From contig VJWM01000117.1 in the NCBI GenBank assembly GCA_010909165.1, forward strand, positions 62,001 through 126,000: DNA of 64,000 nucleotides, read 5' to 3'. This document shows, piece by piece, positions 39,401 to 49,828 of the stretch (the first letter of the stretch is position 1; every line of letters starts with the position of its first letter). This DNA is from Anthoceros angustus (Eukaryota; Plantae; Anthocerotophyta). The notes beneath the pieces are model-generated. The model saw only the letters and a list, made by a program, of their open reading frames with translations. It ran no database searches and was not told the DNA's origin. Made by a program: the position numbers and the translations under genes.

Positions 39401-39863
39401 CCATATAGATATCATACATCTGCCATACACAATCCACCTTAAACATCTCTAGGTCCTCTCCTTTTCCAATACTCAAACAACTTATTTCGTTTCACCATCG
39501 CTATATTGTACATCCTACGTTCTCCAAGAGCTTCCCACATATGGTTACGCTCAGCTTCGTGCAGGGGATACGGGTCTTCATCATACTGTTGTGCTTCTAA
39601 CTCTCCAACATGTATACAAAAACTATGAAGTGCACAACAAGCTATGACGACTTGCGGGGCATACTTCAAACGAACATTAAGATTCTTCAGAATACGCCAT
39701 TTATTCTTCAGCAGTGCAAAGGCATTCTCCACCTTCACTCTGCCTCTTCGCAAAGACCGGTTGAAAAGTTTTTGAGTGCGGTCTTCCCCATACGTAAACG
39801 TTTCATGAGGAAAGGCATTAATGGATATGCACTATCACCTAAAATGTAAGGAGTTATTTCAAC
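35629..39863. repeat. ~2.1-kb tandem duplication (35629-37713 / 37713-39863)
   Basis: The copia RT/RH end, 3' LTR, TSD and the Harbinger 3' end each appear twice, differing by many small indels. Confidence 0.9.
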
Positions 39864-40735
39864 ATTCTCGATTTGTAGAACGGGTTCTGTTAAAATAACA
39901 CCTGCCTTCATCTTCTCCCATATGCTACTTTCCCTAAGAATTTGGGCATCATGAACTCCACTAGGATGAGTGCAACACACATCAATGAAATTTTTTGTCA
40001 GCGTCACATATGCCTTGTAAGACAACAGAATGAATATCATGGCGACGCCAGGATGCAACCGGGTTATTTGTCAACCGGGTTATTTGTCTTGTTAGGCTGT
40101 GCAGCCAGCTTGATGTGAGAACCATCTATAGCTCCAACCATATTGGGAAGACCTGTGACTTGCCTGAACTTCAATGTTGTTTGCTCTAATTCCAACCCTG
40201 TAGGCCAATGAACCAATATGGGAAATCACTTTTCCTGATTGCTTAGTATCTCCGAAATCATAATAGTATATTGAGCCCCAGTCGAAGCTCCTATCCCATA
40301 CATATATGTAACAATATGAGGTGGCAACCCCCTAGCAAGATGATGGAGGACCATGGCAACTACATGTTGGTATTGAAGAGGCTCCCTAATAGATGTGCGA
40401 AGCATGTAAGGGCATAGCATATCAACCAAAACCAGAAAGTTAGGATATGACATTCTATAAGCAAATCGCCATTGAGCATCCCGCACCTTAGCTCCATTAC
40501 TATGCCATGCTCGCATATGTATATCTCTCCATGATGTGATTTGCCGAGGAAACTTCGACCATTCCCTCTTCCGCCTCCTACATGATAATTGCTCCAAAAC
40601 TCCACTCATTGCGAGTAAAAAAACTACAATGAAAATGGAATTTGACAACAAGTCATTGTCAAATCCAAGAGGTACATGATAGTCAGGAGACCATAAGAAC
40701 AAGGTCAGAAAAATATATATAAAAAAATTATCCAT
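39439..40735 (-). mobile_element. PIF/Harbinger DDE transposase, frameshifted
   Basis: YRMSYPNF..L, GLPNMVGAIDGSHI, GVHDAQIL, YILGDSAYPL, RVKVENAFALLKNKWRIL and IACCALH. Confidence 0.92.
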
Positions 40736-41974
40736 AAATATAAAAAAAATTAGAAAGGACTCTAACTTCCCCACACTTAAGTCCACAATCGACAGATGAA
40801 AGGAGACGCAACACAAAGGAATGGACGACGAAACACGAAATGGGAGACGAGCCACTAGACACGGCCGGCCATGTAGTTCATAAATTAATAGTTAAATTAC
40901 TAAAATGTTTGCCCAAACTTTGGACCCGGCCCGCTTCTTGCGCCGACCCGGCCCGCTCCTCCCGCTCCTCCCGCTCCTCCCGCTCCTCCCGCTCCTCCTG
41001 AAAACTACGTCCGCGTGTCGAATCAACCTATCGCTACATGGACTCAAACGAGCTGCACTGCAGCCCTGACAGATGCACTCCTCGACAGCCCTGACCAAAG
41101 TTGCCAGTCGGACAAATAGTCCTCTTTATTGAACAGCTGAACTATGCGAACAAAAATCCCTTCCCATTCGGACATCCTTCACCCAAAAGCTGTTCATTCG
41201 CATGAATTTTGGGCCCCGTCCGCCGGTGAGCCCGTGTACAGCGGGCCACGGAGGGAGGGTGTGAGGCTCGCGGCCTTCTGCTTCACGGGCCCACACATAC
41301 CCAAGTCGGCGTTGGTTGAGAACAAATCGACATAAAAAGGTCGCATCTAGGTAAACTCTCCGTCGACGGCTGTCGCCAACGGAGCACCCTGAAAAAGACT
41401 GTCCCGGTCTTCACGCTACGGACGGCAACGGAAGGGAGGGGCCGCCAATCCAATGCCAACAGCACTGCAAAGACTCCTGACCTGCATAGTACCTACGTAG
41501 GTACGCAGCGTTTGGGTGCGTGGCGCACCAACACAATTGGGTGCAAGGTGGGCGGTTGTTCGAAGCATCTCTCGATAGGGCAGTATGTGCATCATGAGGA
41601 TGAGGAAGACATGATCATCCTAGCGATGGTCTACTTCCCCCAACGCAAAACGGGTGTGAAAGCGTTGAGCAACTTCCCTTGGACGTGGGGCACGACGAGG
41701 TCCTAAATGACAAGATGACCTGACTGTAGGCGCAGGCGCACAGACGAGAACGTGACTTCTTTTATTTTTCCGGGCTACCGACAGGCGGTTTGTAGCACCG
41801 GCCCACCGGGTCGGTTGACGGAACAACATAGTATTTCTTGTATTGGAGCACAGAGATATTATTGAAGGCCAGAAGGGGGCTCCGGGAGCTGAGGAGTGAG
41901 CAGTGGATGCGGCAAGAATTTGCGTCGGCCGAGCCACAACGAGGAGGGGAGAGGAGGCCGCGGCCGGGGGAAGG

Positions 41975-43485
41975 ATGGGGGCTTCCGTGAAGATGGAGGT
42001 GATCACCAGGAGGGAAACCATGGTGCCTCCTGCCCAAGAGACGCCACGAGTGGCGCTCTGGGCCTCCAATGTGGACCTCATCATCCCGCAGATCCACACC
42101 TCCAGCGTCTACTTCTACAGGCCCAGCGGCAGCCCCGATTTCTTCTCGGGCGATGTCCTGCGGGACGCCCTGGCCAAGGCCCTTGTCCCCTTCTACCCCA
42201 TGGCGGGCAGGCTGGCGCGGGACGAGGACGGCCGCATCCAGATCAACTGCAACGCCGCGGGCGTGCTGCTGGTGGAGGCCGAGGCCGACGTCGGCATCGA
42301 CGATCTTGGCGGCTTCGCGCCCCACCCCGTGCTGCAGCAGCTGGTTCCCACCGTCGTCTACTCCAAAGACATCACGGCATTCCCCCTGCTGGTCCTCCAG
42401 GTTAGCTACGCGAGACGGGGTAAATCAACTTCCTTGTTTACCTCAGCCCGAGTCCCTGTAAACCGGAGTCCTGTCCCTTCCCTGCCTGGATCCTGGATCA
42501 GCGTCTTTGTGAATTGGAGTCCTGTCCCCTCCTTGCCTCAATCAACGTCTTCGGGAATCCGAGTGTTATGTTTTGGCTCGTCTGGCAGGTGACGCGATTC
42601 AAGTGCGGCGGCGCATCCCTGGGCGTGGGGATGGAGCACCACATTGCGGACGGGATGTCCGGCATCCACTTCATCAACACCTGGTCGGACGTGGCCCGGG
42701 GGGAGGGCGTAAAGGTGCTGCCCTTCGTGGACCGGACGCTGCTGAAGGCGCGGTCGCCGCCCACGCCGCTGTTCGAGCACGTCGAGTACCAGCCGCCCTT
42801 CACGCTGCAGCCGCGGTTCCGGCCGGAGGAAGGTTCCGGGAAGGTGGAGACCGTGGTGGAGAGCTTCACCTTCTCCAGGGAGCAGCTGGGGAAGCTCAAG
42901 GCTAAGGTGGCCGACCCCGGGGCTAACCTGGCGTATAGCAGCTACGTGGCGCTGTCCGCGCACATCTGGAGGTGTGCCACCCGCGCAAGAGGACTGAGCG
43001 GGGACCAGAACAGCAAGCTCTTTGTGGCGACAGACGGGAGGGCCAGGCTGCGGCCGCCTCTTCCCCAGGGATACTTCGGGAATGTCATCTTCACCTGCAC
43101 GCCGGTGGCGGAGGCCGAGGAGCTGGTGGCCAAGCCGCTGATCCACACGGCGGGGAGGATCCACGAGGCTGTGCTGCGGATGGGGGATGAGTATCTCCGC
43201 TCTGCCCTGGACTACCTCGAGCTCTTGCCTGACATGTCTGTGTGCATCAGAGGAGCTGCCCATTTCGGGAACCCTAATTTGTGCATCACCAGCTGGTCGG
43301 GCCTGCCTGTTTACGACTGTGACTTCGGATGGGGCCGGGCTATTTACATGGGTCCCTGCCAGATTGGGTTCGAGGGCCTCTGCTTCGTGCTCCCCAGTGC
43401 CACCAAGGACGGTTCCCTGGGCCTTGCTCTCAGACTCCGGGCTGACCACATGGCTGAGTTTAGAAAGCTTGTGACTGACATTTGA
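41975..43485 (+). CDS. HCT: BAHD acyltransferase, hydroxycinnamoyl-CoA transferase-like (exons 41975-42400 and 42589-43485)
   Basis: HTSSVYFY, LVPFYPMAGRL, PLLVLQ|VTRFKCGG with the conserved Q intron, HXXXD motif (HHIADG) and DFGWG. Confidence 0.93.
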
Positions 43486-43564
43486 TGATGCTGCACCAGC
43501 AGCAGCAGCATGTAGCAGCGTTAAATGCTCTTCTGCTTTTAGATGAACCTGCTGCAAATGTAGA

Positions 43565-43725
43565 GCAGGGTTTCATGATTTCCGTCACAACAAAGAGTTC
43601 ATCACGTGGCACTTTTTTTCAGAGCAGGGTCACATGATTTGCGTCACAACAGAGTGTTCATCACGTGGCACTTTTTTTCAGAGCAGGGTCACATGATTTG
43701 CGTCACAACTAATAGTTCATCATGG
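43565..43725. repeat. ~60-bp tandem repeat, about 2.7 copies, in the HCT 3' region
   Basis: agagcagggtcacatgatttgcgtcacaac repeated. Confidence 0.9.
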
Positions 43726-43746
43726 TTATGGCATACCAAAGAGGAC

Positions 43747-46564
43747 TATGGAATACCGATCTGGTCATGCGGCATCCACATTTTTTTAGGGTTATGGACA
43801 GAAAGAAATAGTCCCACCGCATACGGCGGAACTATTTCGGCATGTCATGCATGACCACATCGGTTGTGGCTGCCCCGGTGTCGATGTGGTCAACCTACCA
43901 CATGATACACAAAATGCTCCCACGACACGTAAACTTTTCTTCTTTTGGGGTTAGGGTTGCGTTGCGGTCATTTGCGTTGCCGCGCCATTGCGGCATGCAA
44001 CATACCATGTCCGCGACCAGCATCCACAAGGTGGGTTGCCGGTTGCGTTAGCGGCGCTTCTGGTATGGAATGGCGTTGCTTGTCAAACCGCCTCTCTTTG
44101 CAACGCGGCTTAGTCGTTGCCCTTGCGTGCAAAGCAGATGTTGTTGGCGCATCGGGCGCAACATTTCTGCGCTGCGCTCACGGTGGTGCGGTTTCACATA
44201 GCACCAACTTCGAAACAAGCTTGTACCGGAAGGACCAACAAAGACGGGCTTCCATGAAAGCGATCGCACATACAATTCTTGCACCAAAAGCTGCGGGCAC
44301 AAGCGTACGGTTCAAAGGGCCTCTTGGACTACGAGCGGTGATCCCTATCACGCAGCGGTAACCCGACTTCTCCCGCTGCGAGGTACCGGGCGATTGCCTC
44401 CCCGCTCCACACCTCGCATAATGCGATGTAGTGCGGTGTACATATCGGGAGGAAGTCCATGCCTCCAAGCCCCTTCGCGCCAAAATGTCCCTCGCGACAT
44501 GCGAGTTCACCGCGCGCCATGATCGCGCAGCGTTTGAGTATCGGCGGTGCAATGCTCAAGGGATGGAACCTTACATGAGCGAAGGCTTGCTGCAACCTAC
44601 ACACAAAGACAAGTGTCTGCGGCCAAGACTCGCCCGGACAACAGCTCAATCACGCCTAGCAGTGGCATCTCGGGGCCACGTTCTGTGCATATTGAGGACC
44701 ACAGGCATCGAACTCCTCGCCATCGTCATCCGCGGTCCCATATGCGGGTGGCGAACCGCCTTGAGCCGAGCCTCTTCACGGGCAGCTAGGGCACATGGCC
44801 GGGATGTCCGTCGGCCCTTATCCTGCGCACCCTGTGCCTGTTGCACACCTGCCTCCAACGTTCCAGCTCCGCCCTCATGGTGGGCATGAAGGTGAAATGC
44901 AGGGAATGGATGTGCCAGGGGTTGGTGATGTCCAATTCGCTACTCCTCACCAAATCCATCATGTACCCCTTGTACAGGAACGCCCACTTCTCCCCCAATG
45001 ACCGCCAAAAATGCTCAATCCTCTGCAGACAGGCCGCAGTTACTACCCCGCACCATACGTCCTCGTTGACAAAGGCATCGCAAGCAACCACAGTCTGACC
45101 TGGTTGTACACGGAGGGGCTGCGGATGAAGTTGCTGCCGTGTGCCCTTGGCCTCGCACGGTTCATGTCCGCCTCTATCAGGTTGTGCTCTGCTGCATAGT
45201 CCGACCGAATCCGCTGGGGATGGCCAAACCTCCTCATTGCATCCACATAGGCGTTGAAAATGGTTGTCCCCTGCTTGTTATCTTCCAGCACCAACCATGG
45301 GATGTAGTGGGTGGCCCCATCTATTGCACCATGGACTCTGAAGTATAATTGGTACAGCTTGTCATAGGCTACACACAATCCAACCACATCCATTTCGGTG
45401 ACAACTGCAGCAATCGCTCCCATTCCAATCTAGCGCACAGCACACACCGCAGCAAACTGCTGGAACCACTCACAATCCATGTGCCACATGAACATGGGCG
45501 TCGTGTTGGTGTACTGCACGCGGTGGATGCGGACCGTCGAGCGGTGGGCCATGTCCTCCGGCTGCATCAACCGCAGCGCCTCCGTCACCTGCCTCCTTGG
45601 ACGCTACCAAAACTCCAAACCGCCTGGAAGATATCCAGGTACCACTCCTCCACCAACTCCTCCGCTTCTTCCAGCCAGGGTCCAAAGTCGGGGTATCGTT
45701 TGGTGACGATGTTGCGCTCCACCAAGCGCCAGGGCTCCCACACTTCCGCCGCCTTCTTGGCCCCATTGCTGCGTTCGCGGTGTTCGGTTGCTGAGGGTGG
45801 AGGCTTCGCCACTCTCCGTTCTCCTGCCGCTGAGTCAATTGCTCCGGTCGCCAAGGCAGGTTACTCGCAAAGATGTTCGGGCGCTTGAAGAGACAACGCC
45901 AAAGAGCAGGGTGTCTTAGCGCGAGAGACTGCGAAAACCGTCGCGAAGTGGCCTGAAAGAATGACCTTCGCTTGGGGTGGCGACGTCGAGAGTAACCGAA
46001 GCGTTGATGGGCGTCCCTTCGCTGCCAGCCGAGGAGGCATGCATGGCACTCTGTATACGCCGCTTACCTCTTCCGCCCGCTGCTCACGCTGGCGCCACAG
46101 CCGGGCGTGAATACCGCCATAACGGCAGCAACCCTACGGTCTTGGTCGCATGCCTGCCCACCTCTGATGCCCACGTGGCCCCGCCTGCCCAAAATACGCT
46201 CCCAACTCCCAAGTTACTTTACTTGGCATACTTATCCTGTCTTACTCCGGAGTGTAGTCCGGACTTACCGCAGGTACTCAAAATCGTTTCCGCCCGGTGT
46301 CGCCCCATAGCCGCCCGGAGGTCCGAGCCCCTCTGCCCACTCTGGAGTGCAGTCCAGAGTACTCCGACCTTATTTCTCCCTTTCCGCCTTATTTTCTACT
46401 CGACACCTACGAAAAAAACAAAACCTAGTTCATTTCCTACCCAAGGGAAGAGTTTGTGGCCCACAGTGAGTATCTAAAAGATTCTGTGGCATATTCTCGT
46501 AGCGTACACCGAAAAAAAAGAAAGTCACACACACACTCCCGTGTGACTAGATCGGTATTCCATA
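43747..46564 (-). mobile_element. Inner IS3EU-type DNA transposon carrying the transposase
   Basis: 21-bp TIR TATGGAATACCGATCT(G/A)GTCA with one mismatch and 6-bp TSD GAGGAC (43741-43746, 46565-46570). Confidence 0.9.
44786..45854 (-). pseudogene. Spliced IS3/integrase-core DDE transposase (introns 45473-45369 and 45099-45023)
   Basis: The spliced product reads EALRLMQPE..RIHRVQY..MWHMDSYDKL..VHGAIDG..HPQRIRSD..SVYNQRIEHFWR..LHFTFMP..CNRHRVR. There is a frameshift near 45590. Confidence 0.85.
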
Positions 46565-49124
46565 GAGGACTCCAATTCACAAAGACGCTGATCCAGGACG
46601 GGGCACAAAGACGAGAAATTGCCGAGGAATCCAATAAAGTGCCCCGAGGGGACGGGGCACTTTATTTCGCCTGCGAAACTTTTCTTCATACCACACGGTA
46701 TAAAGAAAAGTTGGTAACCCGACTGAATTGAGGTTGCTCAAAGTGGCCGCACCAAAGCGGCCACTTCGCAAGCACTCTTACACACAAACCGAACCCCTCT
46801 TTTTCAGGCATTGCGGGTCCTTTGCGCGCATGCGCAACAAAGATTTTTTTTTGCAGACGTAGAGTTGTAGATTATGAGGGCGGCAGGTGCCCGTGGCAAG
46901 CCAAGGCGGCCGATTTTAGGGTTGAGCTGGTACCAAGGTGGGAGCGGGGTAGCGGGTTGGGCTAGTTTCGGGGTGGTAGCCAAGCCGTCCCTCTCTTAGG
47001 GCTTTAGGGCAGGGGCGAGGCACGCAGGCGGCACGGGGCGAGCAGGGGTTTCAGGCTTGCCCCTCCAAAGCGCCTTGCAACGTACCACAATTTTGATTTG
47101 CATTTGTGTTTAGGCTTGCGCCCGTCAAGTACCCTTCACTTGCCATAGCTTTCCAGTACCTATGCGTTCAAGCTTGCCCATTGAGGCACCGCAGTGCACC
47201 CTGGGGCCTCCTTCAACATCAATTTTGCCATGGCTATGCGTTTAGGTTTGGCCCCGTGAGGCACCACGACACTTCCTTCTTTGCCATGCATGGTGTGGAG
47301 GGGGCTAACGCCAACAGTGTTAGCAGCAATCGCGGTGGGAGAGTAGGATTGGAGCGCGCCTGTGCGCTTGCGGAAGGCAATGTACGGGAAGAATCAGCAA
47401 TTCCAACGGTGGCGGTATCTCGACGAGAGCGTGGCAGCAGCGACGAGGCCCTGGAGAGGCTACGGAGGCGAGGAGCGGGAGGGGTCAGTGAATAGCTGTG
47501 GAGGCGTGATCTGGCACACCGGAGGAGGAGGAGCAAGGGGGGCTGACAGTGGCGGAGCGGAGGCGATGTCGGAAGGAGAGGGAGAGCGGAGTGAATATAC
47601 AAACCCAACTCCGCGAAGGGCGAGCATAAGAGGGAGAAAGCGAGACTACACGGAGTCGGACACAGTGTCAGAGGAGGAAGCGCGGTGCCCAAGGCGGGTG
47701 CCAGAAACACCGAATGCCCGAACACTGGCTTCTAGAGGCGGTGTTACGGGCGAATGGGATCTGAGGGTAACATTGCGTGGGATGCAGAGCGCCGTTTAGG
47801 CAATGGAGGCCACGCTGAATGGCCTCCGCATGAGCATGAAGGCCATGGAGGACGCGATGGAGTAGACTTGGTCCTCAACCCTAGGGCTTGGAGTTGCACC
47901 AGCAGCTCTTATATGCTTTGTGTTAGGGGAGGCGAAGGATGCGCCGTAGGAAGGCTGCGATAGGAATTAGAGTATGATGCAAGCTGTGCAATTTTACAAT
48001 GTGTGCTATTGATATCCTTTTTTTATGAATGGCATGGCTTCCCTTTGCTGTGAACTTGTGCTCGTTGCTGGCCCATGGATACGATCTTGGTCAGGCTGTA
48101 ATATAGACGCTGGTGCTGGTGTGGCTAATTGCTGCAGATGCTGGAAGTTCAGGTGCTGGAGTGCTGATAGCTGCTGATGCTAGAAGATGTGGTGCTACCC
48201 TTTGCAAATCTCGGTCTTTCTACTACAGGAGACTCAACAGGTGCCTTCTGTGTGTCAACAGCTGCCTGCAAGTCTGCTGCTTGGTTCCCTTCATCCAGGA
48301 TGTGGCGAAGGATACTGCCACAATTGCATACTTGACTGCGAGGCCATTTCCACTAGGCAAGTCAATAGCATCCATTCTTGCAGCCTGGCCGCGTCTTTGG
48401 TTGCTTGTAGCCTCAACATCTCAATAGCTTTATCTGTATTTTGAGTCTCTTCTTCTCTTTATCAAAGCATTCACGGACTGGCTGATTGCTACTGATGTTG
48501 GAAGTTCATGTAGTGCCATGGCTGAGTGCTAATGTTGGAAGTTCAGGCATTGTTGTGGCTAATTGCTGGAGGTCTGCCGTTTTCGCTTACGCTGATTGCA
48601 TTTGTGTGAAGGAGAGAAGATGTGAAACCCGCATGAAGTTGAGGGCACAGTTGGTGTTGTGACTCTCTCTGTGCATGACAGGAAGCTGTTAAGTTACGGT
48701 ATACTAGCCTGCAGACTTGTCAAGCTTCAAGGATTAGCTGATAAATAGGACGTTTGCGACCATCATGTGCAGGATGCAGTTTGGGATCAGCTGATGGCCA
48801 GCTACAATAATCTAGTGGGAATGCACGGTCTCAATTTGTCGTAGACTTGGTAGTAGGGAAGGGTTGGAAGCATGGTGTTGTTCAAAAACTTGGGCATGAT
48901 GTGGAGATTGAGTTGTTTGGACGATGTTGAGGGCACCCAAATGTATGCGGAGCTATCTCAGAAGCTGTGAAGACCCTAACTCAGAAGCTCTAAAGGTTGC
49001 TTGCATGTCCCATCACCATCCCCTTTTCCTGTTTCAAGCACGATCTTGTTTCTTTCTTCTATGTAAATCTCGGGTTCCCCAAGAAAAAGACCAATCCAAT
49101 GTCACTTGCTTAGAAGATGCGGAC

Positions 49125-49325
49125 ACGGCCGCGGCCGCGGTCGAGATAGGGTTGGAAGACCATGGCCGCGGCCGCGGCCGAGATAGGGTTGGAAGACCAT
49201 GGCCGCAGCCGCGGTCGAGATAGGGTTGGAAGACTATGGCCACGGCCACGGCCAAGATAGGGTTGGAAGACCATGGCCACAGCCAAGATAGGGTTGGAAG
49301 ACCATGGCCGCAGCCGAGGTAGGGT
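49125..49325. repeat. Tandem ~25-35-bp repeats gatagggttggaagaccatggccgc, about 6 copies
   Basis: Visible in the sequence. Subterminal within the outer IS3EU-type element. Confidence 0.92.
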
Positions 49326-49828
49326 TTGGCAACCAAATGGGGCGGCGAGCGCGGCTGCCGAGTTGGGGTTTGACGGCTATGTGATAGCATTGAAGAAAAC
49401 AGAATCGTATAGGGTAGGGCGGGAGACTCTTAAAACATAGTGTCACAGTCTCTCAGAGTGCCTCTTTGTTTTTACGTTAAAAGTGTTGAAAGGTTTTGAA
49501 GCATAGACACGTTTAGAAGAAAAAAAAGTGTGTCCCCTTGGTGCTTGGCCGCTCTTGGTTAGGGCGCCAAAGTGGACATGCCGTTTAGGGTGGTGAGGTA
49601 GCACCTCCGTACTAGATTCGGTGGTATATTCTTATAGATGCCTACGATCGACATTGTGGGCGACAGTATGAGTTTCGGCCAAAAAGTGCCCTATCCCTCT
49701 CGTCTCATGGTATGCCATACATGGTATGGTTGAGAGATGAAGTGGAGCAGCGTCACATGCACAAAAAGGTTGTATCGAATTGTCCATGACACGCCATTGG
49801 ATCAATCGGCAGCAAAGGTAGTATTGGA

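Larger units (their letters stand above)
43727..49719. mobile_element. Outer IS3EU-type DNA transposon, apparently non-autonomous
   Basis: Perfect 12-bp TIR TATGGCATACCA/TGGTATGCCATA and 6-bp TSD CATGGT (43721-43726, 49720-49725). Confidence 0.85.

Noticed and set aside
28440-41500. Harbinger terminal inverted repeats
   Set aside because: No convincing TIR or TSD pair was found by eye, so the element boundaries are not called.
42538-43557. 339-aa minus-strand ORF
   Set aside because: Antisense shadow of the GC3-rich HCT exon.
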